DNA of 64,000 bases. Origin: Lytechinus pictus (Eukaryota). Below are positions 50,164 through 61,720 of this stretch, piece after piece. The notes beneath the pieces were generated by a model. The model was given only the letters and a program-made list of their open reading frames with translations. It was not told where the DNA came from and did not search any database. Made by a program: the position numbers and the translations under genes. Location: NCBI RefSeq assembly GCF_037042905.1, contig NC_087252.1, positions 11,410,001 to 11,474,000 of the forward strand, given 5' to 3'. Positions within the stretch are counted from its first letter, which is position 1; each line of letters starts with the position of its first letter.

Positions 50164-53116
50164 GCTTTCGCTTTTTGGTGGGTATTTTTTCTTATATCGG
50201 TCAAATTTCAACACCAGGGGGAGGCACTGTATACTAATTATGTCAAGAAAATCGGGACAGGGGAACCCAACTTTCCAAAGTCTCCTGGTTTGGAAGTCCG
50301 GCTGGATGTCTTCCGGCAGGTTCCCCTTCCAAGAATTCACGTTCTGGTCTTGAAGCCTCTCCCCCAATTTTATTTCACACATGAGATAATCTTGTATTGA
50401 ATAGATGATAAATGTAAAGGGGGGAATCCGCACCCCAGGAAATACCTGTCCTGGGATCCCGTTGGATCTCTTCCTTCTGGGAGGTCACGTGACCCGGTTT
50501 CCCCCTTAAAATCTGGTTGATTGTGGCTTGATGAATATTGTTTAGAAACTGTGTACTTGTTAAAATATTGTAAATGTCGTTTTAATGATTCTGGTAAAAT
50601 CCCCCAGAGGCAATAAAGTTGAGAAACGGCAATTTCATGTTCGATCTGTATTTATTCTCGCAATAAGATTATTCGAATAAACGAAGAAGATAGTTTGCGA
50701 GAGAAGACAGGTCTTCTCAAAAAACCAATTATTGGCAAGCCATACATGGCCCGCGAAAACAAAGCGCGCCCCTGCGATTCCGCGGGAATTCTCCAAGGAC
50801 ACGCCCCCAGCAACATGTCTGTGATTGGCTGGGCATGTCATGGATGGCGCCGTTACACAGCGCCCTTGGTGACAGCCAGGCAACGGCAACGGGGGCACAG
50901 CCTCTACGCTAAAAAGAACCAATGAAATGCATTGAAAGAATTCAGGGACGTGCGCAATACGCGACAGATTTGGAAGCACATGTTCATTCTCAACTAAGCT
51001 CTGGGGGATGCAAGACGTTAATTTGCCCTCCCTCCCGCCCATTTAATAATGGTTGTGAGTGGTTGGTTATAATATTGTCAGGGTCGGAGGGTATTGTTTC
51101 TGCCTCCAAAAATGTGGTACACGTGTTATGAAAAAAGATAGGATGATATAATACATGGTTGTTAATAATTCTGTCGTGATTTTTGTTTATACTCAAATCT
51201 GTCAAAGGCGATTGTGCTAATTAATCTAAATGTGGTAATAGCGAATTTTAAAGACGGGGCTCGAGATTGCTCAATGAGCCTGTTTAAGTGCAAGTTGTGC
51301 CGGTTACAGTTGATTGAAATAACCTCATATTTTGGTTGGTTATACTGTTGATAGATAACATGGATTTATTTTGGTTGGTTGGCTGGGCATGTGTTTGGAT
51401 AGAATTGCATTGGTTGCATAGGCTTGTATTAGTTGACTGGATGGGCTTGATTGGCTTGTTGGTCGGATAGACTTGCATTGGTTGGTTGGGCGATATGTTT
51501 GGTTGTTTATTATCATAAGGATCCACGCTCTACAAGCAAGGCTTTTAGTGGATCCCCTCATTTCCAAACAAGTTCTTGTTAATACAATTGCCCAAATTTT
51601 CATAATTTGTCTATAGTTGATTTGTAATTACAATTGTTGTGTATTTGTGTTTATGCATTTAGTGCATATTTGATTTGTACCGTGATTTTTTATGATGTAC
51701 ATGACGGAAGTTCAAAATGAACTCGTTTTTATTCGGTTGGATGTGCTTGCGCTGGTTGGGTGGATGGGCTTGCTATGATTGGTTGGTTGGTTATAATGAT
51801 CATAGGGATTCACGCTCTCCAAGTAGTTATTTTAGTGGATCCCCTCATTTCCAACCAAGCTATTAATACTTTTGTACAAATTTTAAAAATTTGTCTGTAG
51901 TGGACCGGCAATTACAATTTATATGTATTTGCAAATTGTTTATGCGCACTATGATGCATATTTAATTCGTGTTTGTATTTGGTAATGATGTACAAGATGA
52001 ACTGAAATTTGTTTGGTGGCTTTATATGGTTGGTTGGCTGGGCTTGTTCTGGTCGACTACAATTGCACAAATTTTCATAATTTGCAGTTGATTTGGAATT
52101 ATAATTGATGTGTATTTGTGTTAATGCATTTGATGCATATTGATTGGTACCGTAATTTTTTGTGATGTACATGACGGAAGTTCAAAAGGAACTTGTTTTG
52201 TTTGGTTGGATGGGCTAACATTGGTTGGATGTTTGGGCTTGTTATGATTAGTTGATTGGTTATGATCATATCGATCCACGCTCTATCAGCAGATCCTTTA
52301 GAAAGATCCCCTCAGTTTCAACCAAGCTGATAATACTATTGTACAAATATTGAAATTGTGTCCGTAGTTGACTTGTAATTACAATTGATATGTATTGTCA
52401 TTGTTTATGCATCATATCATTTATAATTGATTTATGTTTGTATGTGGTAATGATGTACAAGGTGAACTTAAACTCGTTTGGCTAGTTAGATTGGCTTTAC
52501 ATGGTTGGATGGGCTTGTTATGGTTGGTTGGTCGGGCTTGTTATGGTTGGTTGGTCGGGCTTGATATGGTTGGTTGGATGGGCTTGTTTTGGCTGGTAGG
52601 ATGGGCTTGTTTTGGTGTTTGGCCTGATTACTGAGTATTTTTTCTTATATCGGTCAAATTTCAACACCAGGGGGAGGCACTGTATACTAATTATGTCAAG
52701 AAAATCGGGACAGGGGAACCCAACTTTCAAAAGTCTCCTGGTTTGGAAGTCCGGCTGGATGTCTTCCGGCAGGTTCCCCTTCCAAGAATTCACGTTCTGG
52801 TCTTGAAGCCTCTCCCCCAATTTTATTTCACACATGAGATAATCTTGTATTGAATAGATGATAAATGTAAAGAGGGGAATCCGCACCCCAGGAAATACCT
52901 GTCCTGGGATCCCGTTGGATCTCTTCCTTCTGGGAGGTCACGTGACCCGGTTTCCCCCTTAAAATCTGGTTGATTGTGGCTTGATGAATATTGTTTAGAA
53001 ACTGTGTACTTGTTAAAATATTGTAAATGTCGTTTTAATGATTCTGGTAAAATCCCCCAGAGGCAATAAAGTTGAGAAACGGCAATTTCATGTTCGATCT
53101 GTATTTATTCTCGCAA
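45592..53116 (+). mobile_element. Non-autonomous split-direct-repeat element (A1...B1-A2-spacer-B2), PAT/Ngaro/TOC1-like tyrosine-recombinase retroelement architecture
   Basis: A = 45592-45953 and 50662-51023 (362 bp, 1 difference seen). B = 50182-50663 and 52635-53116 (482 bp, 2 differences seen). No conventional TSD, a shared AA core, and no long ORF. Confidence 0.75.
50111..50160 (+). repeat. 50-nt poly(A) tract
   Basis: Direct read; it ends about 20 bp before repeat B1. Confidence 0.95.
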
Positions 53117-53779
53117 CAGTTATAAGCACATCCTGGTCGGTATGCAAATGAGGAGACTGATGTCGTCATCCAATCACTATTTCTTTTTTATGAAATATGG
53201 AATATTATAATTTTCTCATTGTCAAGTGAAACAAAGATTAATTCCTCCATGAACATGTGGAATTAGCGTTGTTTTAATAGTATATAGTTCAGTTAAGTTG
53301 GTCATTATTGTAAAATCAGTAAAAAAATTGAAATATTGTATAATTCAAACAATAAAAAAAGAAATAGTGAGTGATGGACATCATCAACTGTCTCATTTGC
53401 ATGTCTTTGAGATGTACATAGAACTGTTTTGCAAAAAATAAGCAAATATTTAAATTGTCATAACTTTCTTATTTTACATCCGATTTTGATGAAATCGTTA
53501 GCGTTTTGCTAGTTTGATTTTTCTCTCTTTATTAAAATTATCGTTTTTCTGGGGTGGACTTAAGTTTTAAGGATTATTTCCCGAAGAGCAATTGTCATCA
53601 AAACAAATGTCATGAAACTGTTCATCGGCTCATTTGAGTCACATTTATTATTATTCATATGACCGTCTGGAAATTATAATTTTCTTTTCACCATTTAAGC
53701 ATAAGGGCGATTCCATACGTGTCGTACGGGACATTTAGAGAACATTTGACAGTTTTTTGACAAGAAAAACAAAATATAT

Positions 53780-54487
53780 TCCATTTCCCTCCGGATGATA
53801 TGGGGATGTATGAGTCTTTGTTATTCCATACAATTTGCAAAGCTCCTTAACCACCTCCCCCTCAAAATTTCTGCCTTGGTCACTGTGTATTCTGTTAGGA
53901 ATACCAAACTTTGTAAACCAATGATCTCTTAGTACCTTTGCAACTGTTACAGCATGTTGGTCCCTACAAGCCACTGCTTGGGTAAATTTGGTATACACGT
54001 CAGTGATTACCAACACATCTTCTACACCGCCTAGTCCTTTATCAATTTTCACAAAGTCAATTGCCACTACCTCTAATGGTCGAAAAGCTATTAGATGTCT
54101 CATTGGCGTTCTAATGCGTGGTTGGGAGGCCTTAGCTATTACACACTGTGTACAATTACTAACATGCTTATGCACTGATGCTGCCATCCTTGGCCAATAA
54201 ACACGCCTTCTAAGAACAGAAAAGGTCCTAGTGACCCCTTGATGACCCCAACCATCATGGGCTCCTTCTAAAACCCTTACACGAAGACATTCTGGTAGCA
54301 AGTACTGAAAGATTTCACCATGTATAGGATCATTTACATGCCTACAGAGAACGCCATCCTTCTCAACAATCCTTGACCACTGCCACAACCATCGCCTAAC
54401 TTCTGGTGGCTCTTTGATACCGCTAACTACATCTGTAGGCTCTAAGCCTTTATCCCAACGTTTCCAAACATACTTAAGGATGGGGTC
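53780..54487 (-). repeat. Partial duplicate of the Gypsy integrase region (copy of 58340-59047; reverse complement of 54602-55309)
   Basis: Near-identical sequence; ORF 53735-54595 repeats the integrase peptide. Confidence 0.95.
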
Positions 54488-56494
54488 AAACCTTGTGTCG
54501 CAGCTGTGAATCAAGGAACTTGTAACTTTCCTCCAGATAGATCCTCCCCTGGGATTTTCCCATCTTTGTCTCCAAGTCAGGTGACAGCTTTGCAAAGGTC
54601 AGACCCCATCCTTAAGTATGTTTGGAAACGTTGGGATAAAGGCTTAGAGCCTACAGATGTAGTTAGCGGTATCAAAGAGCCACCAGAAGTTAGGCGATGG
54701 TTGTGGCAGTGGTCAAGGATTGTTGAGAAGGATGGCGTTCTCTGTAGGCATGTAAATGATCCTATACATGGTGAAATCTTTCAGTACTTGCTACCAGAAT
54801 GTCTTCGTGTAAGGGTTTTAGAAGGAGCCCATGATGGTTGGGGTCATCAAGGGGTCACTAGGACCTTTTCTGTTCTTAGAAGGCGTGTTTATTGGCCAAG
54901 GATGGCAGCATCAGTGCATAAGCATGTTAGTAATTGTACACAGTGTGTAATAGCTAAGGCCTCCCAACCACGCATTAGAACGCCAATGAGACATCTAATA
55001 GCTTTTCGACCATTAGAGGTAGTGGCAATTGACTTTGTGAAAATTGATAAAGGACTAGGCGGTGTAGAAGATGTGTTGGTAATCACTGACGTGTATACCA
55101 AATTTACCCAAGCAGTGGCTTGTAGGGACCAACATGCTGTAACAGTTGCAAAGGTACTAAGAGATCATTGGTTTACAAAGTTTGGTATTCCTAACAGAAT
55201 ACACAGTGACCAAGGCAGAAATTTTGAGGGGGAGGTGGTTAAGGAGCTTTGCAAATTGTATGGAATAACAAAGACTCATACATCCCCATATCATCCGGAG
55301 GGAAATGGACAAGCAGAAAGATTCAATCGTACATTATTTGGATTGATTAAATCCTTAGATCCGAAGGCAAGACATAGGTGGCCAGATTTGTTGTCTCATT
55401 TGGTGTTTGTGTACAACACAACCCCTCATTGCACGACTGGAATAGCTCCATATACTCTAATGTTCGGTCGAGAACCACTCATACCACTTGATCAGATTTT
55501 GGGCCGTACAGATTGTGATTGGAATCAAGATTTTGTTAGTCAACAATCTGAGCTCCTGGAGCGGACTAATCAGATAGTGCAAGAAAGAGTTAAGCAATCT
55601 GCTGCACATAATAAAGGGCTGCATGATGCCAAGGCCCCAGCATTTGGTAAGGGCATTCCTATTTGTACCCAAGTACTTTTGAAAAAATGTGCTTTCCCTG
55701 GTAGACACAAAATCAAAGATGTGTATGAGAGGGATCAGTATGTTGTCTTATGGCATAATAGAGAAGAAGATGTTTATGCTATCAGGCCTGCCAGAGGAGG
55801 AAATGAAAAGGTGGTACACCGACGACTGCTGAGAATATCCCCAGCAATGCAATATGATGATAAACATGGTGATGTTGGTTCTGAGGAGGTAATGATGTCA
55901 GATGGACATAATTCTAATTTTGTTGACAAACAAAAAGTAGGGGAGACCCATTGTCACCAACACTTTGATCAATCAGATGATTCAGAGTCAGACACGGATG
56001 AAGTGTTGATTAGGGGTGTAAACAAGGGATTGAAGAGCCAAGTGTTTACAATGTAGGGGAGATTCCTTTCACTACTCCCATGTCTGTAATTCAGTCGCCT
56101 GTCGCCCCTGTGCTCCGTAGAAGTACACGAGTCACACGGGGTAAACATCAGAATCCATTTCGACTTCCAAAGTCTAGCATTTGAAATTTGCTAAAGACAT
56201 ACAAAACTTTACGTGCATTTCAATTGTTTTGAGATAGGTAATTTATTTGATTGTTTTTCGTAAATGTTTGATTGGAAATATATGTAGAATGTGAAAATGG
56301 TGACTTAATTCCCATGCAACCATGTACCAGTATGCATTAAAAAAAAAAATGCAAATCAATTTGTAATTGTCAAAAAAAAAAACAATCCTGACATTTATTG
56401 ATCAACTTTATTTGTTTGCATGTTGGACTTCACCATTATTCCATTTTGAAGTTATAGGATAAGAAGCAGTGTCTATGTATTTGAAGTTGAAGTT
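54488..56494 (+). repeat. Inverted duplicate of the Gypsy integrase and 3' UTR (reverse complement of 57154-59161)
   Basis: ORF 54506-56056 matches the Pol C-terminus except for G>C (GIPIC vs GIPIG) and a 1-bp deletion near 56013. Confidence 0.95.
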
Positions 56495-56866
56495 GAAATA
56501 GACGGGGAACAAAATAACGATACAGATCAGAAAGTTATTTTGATATTCACTTTATTCAGCTTTTAACTCCAATATAGTCTTCAGACTTTACAAGAACCGA
56601 GTTCACATACAACTACATGTACAAGAGCATGAAGAGTCAACTGCCAGGTTACTTAGCATGGTACATATGTTGTCTACTCTCTCAATACATACATGTATCA
56701 ATGGTCCTGTTCAGGACACGCCTCATATAAACCAAACCAAGAATGTTTCTATTCATAAGCACCTTGCCTGGTGCTGGCATACAATACAGGCATACAATAC
56801 AATTCACTTCAGGCTCTACATGTATGCCCAAGAGTTATGCCTGCACCTGTTATTCATATCACTACA
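56494..56866 (-). repeat. 3' LTR
   Basis: Identical by eye to 63591-63963. The polypurine tract at 56867-56881 precedes it on the minus strand. Confidence 0.95.
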
Positions 56867-57463
56867 ATTCTCCCCTACTTTATAATAATCTCCTCCTGGA
56901 GATTACAACAAATATGATTCATAATAATCTACAATATTTAACACATGTGCTTTCAATATTGTAGCATGGTTTTGATTATTTTTACAGGTATCATGACCTC
57001 TCTTTTTTTGTAAAATTTGAGAAGTAATCTATTCATCTATAAAAGTTTGGAATAGTGATTAACATACATATATGACAAGCCGTTGCCAGTGAAAAACAAG
57101 TTAACTGAGTGACATTTTTTTTTTTTCTTACTATTTTTTTGTTAACTTCACAAAACTTCAACTTCAAATACATAGACACTGCTTCTTATCCTATAACTTC
57201 AAAATGGAATAATGGTGAAGTCCAACATGCAAACAAATAAAGTTGATCAATAAATGTCAGGATTGTTTTTTTTTTTGACAATTACAAATTGATTTGCATT
57301 TTTTTTTTTAATGCATACTGGTACATGGTTGCATGGGAATTAAGTCACCATTTTCACATTCTACATATATTTCCAATCAAACATTTACGAAAAACAATCA
57401 AATAAATTACCTATCTCAAAACAATTGAAATGCACGTAAAGTTTTGTATGTCTTTAGCAAATT

Positions 57464-60400
57464 TCAAATGCTAGACTTTGGAAGTCGAAATGGATTCTGA
57501 TGTTTACCCCGTGTGACTCGTGTACTTCTACGGAGCACAGGGGCGACAGGCGACTGAATTACAGACATGGGAGTAGTGAAAGGAATCTCCCCTACATTGT
57601 AAACACTTGGCTCTTCAATCCCTTGTTTACACCCCCTAATCAACACTTCATCCGTGTCTGACTCTGAATCATCTGATTGATCAAAGTGTTGGTGACAATG
57701 GGTCTCCCCTACTTTTTGTTTGTCAACAAAATTAGAATTATGTCCATCTGACATCATTACCTCCTCAGAACCAACATCACCATGTTTATCATCATATTGC
57801 ATTGCTGGGGATATTCTCAGCAGTCGTCGGTGTACCACCTTTTCATTTCCTCCTCTGGCAGGCCTGATAGCATAAACATCTTCTTCTCTATTATGCCATA
57901 AGACAACATACTGATCCCTCTCATACACATCTTTGATTTTGTGTCTACCAGGGAAAGCACATTTTTTCAAAAGTACTTGGGTACCAATAGGAATGCCCTT
58001 ACCAAATGCTGGGGCCTTGGCATCATGCAGCCCTTTATTATGTGCAGCAGATTGCTTAACTCTTTCTTGCACTATCTGATTAGTCCGCTCCAGGAGCTCA
58101 GATTGTTGACTAACAAAATCTTGATTCCAATCACAATCTGTACGGCCCAAAATCTGATCAAGTGGTATGAGTGGTTCTCGACCGAACATTAGAGTATATG
58201 GAGCTATTCCAGTCGTGCAATGAGGGGTTGTGTTGTACACAAACACCAAATGAGACAACAAATCTGGCCACCTATGTCTTGCCTTCGGATCTAAGGATTT
58301 AATCAATCCAAATAATGTACGATTGAATCTTTCTGCTTGTCCATTTCCCTCCGGATGATATGGGGATGTATGAGTCTTTGTTATTCCATACAATTTGCAA
58401 AGCTCCTTAACCACCTCCCCCTCAAAATTTCTGCCTTGGTCACTGTGTATTCTGTTAGGAATACCAAACTTTGTAAACCAATGATCTCTTAGTACCTTTG
58501 CAACTGTTACAGCATGTTGGTCCCTACAAGCCACTGCTTGGGTAAATTTGGTATACACGTCAGTGATTACCAACACATCTTCTACACCGCCTAGTCCTTT
58601 ATCAATTTTCACAAAGTCAATTGCCACTACCTCTAATGGTCGAAAAGCTATTAGATGTCTCATTGGCGTTCTAATGCGTGGTTGGGAGGCCTTAGCTATT
58701 ACACACTGTGTACAATTACTAACATGCTTATGCACTGATGCTGCCATCCTTGGCCAATAAACACGCCTTCTAAGAACAGAAAAGGTCCTAGTGACCCCTT
58801 GATGACCCCAACCATCATGGGCTCCTTCTAAAACCCTTACACGAAGACATTCTGGTAGCAAGTACTGAAAGATTTCACCATGTATAGGATCATTTACATG
58901 CCTACAGAGAACGCCATCCTTCTCAACAATCCTTGACCACTGCCACAACCATCGTCTAACTTCTGGTGGCTCTTTGATACCGCTAACTACATCTGTAGGC
59001 TCTAAGCCTTTATCCCAACGTTTCCAAACATACTTAAGGATGGGGTCTGACCTTTGCAAAGCTGTCACCTGACTTGGAGACAAAGATGGGAAAATCCCAG
59101 GGGAGGATCTATCTGGAGGAAAGTTACAAGTTCCTTGATTCACAGCTGCGACACAAGGTTTAGTTTTATTGATGCCTGTTCCTGTAGTACCAAGTACTGC
59201 ACACATTACCTGCTCTACTTCTACTGCGCAGAAATGTTCAGGATACCGGCTCAAGGCATCCGCACATTTGTTACTCTTACCAGAACGAAATTTAATATCA
59301 AAATTAAAAGCTGCTAACTGGGCAACCCATCTCATTGCGCAAGCATCTAACTTAGCAGTGTGAATATGGGCAAGCGGGTTATTATCTGTCAGAACCGTGA
59401 ACAAACCTCCGATCAAATAGTCGCGAAACTTATCGACAACTGCCCATTTTAACGCGAGGAGTTCAAGTTTAAAGGAACTGTAATCGGGATAATTCTTCTC
59501 TGCCCCTCTCAATCCTCGACTTGCATAAGCTATGGGATGTGGGACACCTTGATTATCTTCTTGTAACAAACATGCACCTAGTCCCTTCAAAGAGGCATCA
59601 ATCTCTAAAATAAATGGCCTTGAAAAATCTGGGTATTTCAACACTGGAACATTTGCCAGTCTTACTTTCAACTCATCAAATGCTCTTTGAGCCTCTTTGG
59701 TCCAACAGAAGGATTGTTTAGGTTTGCTAGACTTTCCCTTCACAGTTGGAGGTAATATGTCATGAAGTGGTGCTGCTATGGATGAAAAATCTTTAACGAA
59801 ACGCCTATAATAACTTGCAAGGCCTAAAAATGACCTCAACTCATCAGAATTTCTTGGAACTGGCCAGTCCAACACCTTTTGAACTTTATCTTTATCTAGA
59901 GAAATGCCTTCAGCATTCACCACATGGCCTAAATATGTAGCTTCCCTTTGAAACAAACTACATTTTTTTCCTTTGACCTTTAAACCAAACTCACCTAGTC
60001 TTGTAAGAACTTTATCTAAAGCATCTAAGTGGACATCAATTGAAGGAGAAAATAAAAGAATGTCATCTAAATAAATTAGCAACTCTGTCAAGTTCATGTC
60101 ACCTAAACATCGCTCCATCACTCTTTGAAACGTACTCGGAGCATTGGTCAAACCAAAGGGCATTCTATTATATTGAAATAAACCAAATGGAACGCGAAAA
60201 GCTGACTTCTTTCTAGAGTCAGCATCCATTACAACTTGGTGATAGCCGTGAGCTAAATCAAGAGATGAAAAATAAACTGCACCATTAAGGGCCTCTAGAG
60301 ATTCTTCTATACGTGGCAACGGAAAAGCATCTTTCAACGTTTTCTTATTAAGTTGACGATAATCAACACATATGCGCAAACTACCATCTTTTTTCTTGAC

Positions 60401-61716
60401 AAGAACTACAGGGCTTGCATAAGGACTATTACTTGGCTCTATTATCCCTTGATCTAACAATTGCCGTAAAGTGTCCTTCACTTCTTTGACATAATGTGGG
60501 GGAATTCTACGATATGGTTGATTAACCGGTATATCATCAGTTGTCTTTATTTCATGTGGTACTTCCGAACAAAAACCAACATCGAAATCTCCCTTAGAAA
60601 AAACAGCATCATGTCTTTGAATGAGACGTACCACTCTTTCCTTTTCATCCCTAGAAACCTTACAAGATTCCAGATTCAATCCTGGCGGCAAAGTATATTG
60701 ACTACCATCACTGAAAGTATACACATCCTTTGGATTACTTTCCTTTTCCTGCACATCCTGCAATCTATTAGGAGCCTCACTGGGTGACTCTACTAGCACA
60801 TTTAAGATGGAAACACTGAGATATTGATCTTGAGGTTCTACAATAATTTCATTGGAATCTAAGACTTCAGTCACGTTCACCAATTTGCTAAATGGGGGAA
60901 TAACTAAGGGTTGGGAGCCAAGATTCCCTATTAAAACTGTAACCGACTTGCCATTACTCTTCTCACAAGTATCATAAATTACACAAGTCTCACCAATATC
61001 ATGGTTTCCTTCTACTACAACCATTTTATCCTTCAAAGCATTTGGCGGGGTTCTCAATTGACACACTACAGTCTGCACTTGTCTAGAATGTATGACTACA
61101 GGTTTTCTACCAGTTCTACCATTTACAACACGACTTGGTTTACATTCTCTTTGTCTTTTGTCATTTGAATCAACAGGCTTTGTAAGATCTAACCACTTCA
61201 TTACAATATTCCAAGCCTCAGCATCTGACCCATTCACATCATGTACATGGTCTTTCAAATCATACAATACATTACATCCTAGTAACACATGACTTTGTTT
61301 ACTGTCAATAATAGCCTTCCCATGCGCAGAGTCATCAACAATTAAGAAGTGGGCACCTAATGTATGGTCATTTACAGAAAGAGGAATTTCCACATATCCT
61401 TCAATTGGGATTTGTAGGTGATTTGCACCTACAACTTGTACACATACTTTCCCTAGTTTTGTATTACTTAATTTGTCAGCCAAATGCTCATGATAAAATG
61501 ATGAACTAATCAGAGAAGTTTCTGCCCCAGTATCTAATGTACACTGAACTGAAACACCAGCCAAATCAACAACTGCTTTGGGGCTCTGTTTAACTAACTT
61601 ATCTAATATCTCATCAGGTGTCAGTTGAGTGCTAGGAACATGGACATCACCTACAGGAACCGACTGAGTTTCCCCCTCAACATTTCGGTCCCGTGCTAGA
61701 GAGGGGGTTTGGCGTT
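57464..61716 (-). CDS. pol: Gypsy Pol (protease, RT, RNase H, integrase), reached by -1 frameshift
   Basis: LDTGA protease, YLDD RT, DAS and ELLAL RNase H, H..H..C..C zinc finger, and D..SDQG..E integrase. The frame is open from the slippery site to the ORF-track start at 61564. Confidence 0.95.
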
Positions 61717-61720
61717 TAAA
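61656..61720 (-). promoter_or_regulatory. -1 ribosomal frameshift signal (T TTA AAC plus H-type pseudoknot)
   Basis: Heptamer at 61720-61714 in the gag frame, a 6-nt spacer, stem 1 CCCCCTC/GAGGGGG and stem 2 GGGACCGA/TCGGTTCC. Confidence 0.8.

Larger units (their letters stand above)
45457..53566. mobile_element. Kolobok-like MITE split into 45457-45591 and 53117-53566 by the split-repeat element
   Basis: Left AGGACAAGTCCACCCC..TAATTTCACAA joins CAGTTATAAGCACATCCTGGTCGG..GGGGTGGACTT, matching the contiguous family member near 33220. Confidence 0.75.

Noticed and set aside
49785..50433. Poly-Lys and poly-Phe ORFs
   Set aside because: These are translations of the 50-nt poly(A) tract.
45592..51023. 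Ordinary LTR element or LARD bounded by the two A repeats
   Set aside because: No TG..CA ends, PBS, PPT or TSD. The host MITE resumes only after B2 at 53117.
54506..56056. Stand-alone integrase gene (Ginger/GIN-like)
   Set aside because: It is a near-identical inverted copy of the adjacent Gypsy pol, with no ATG start or TIRs of its own.
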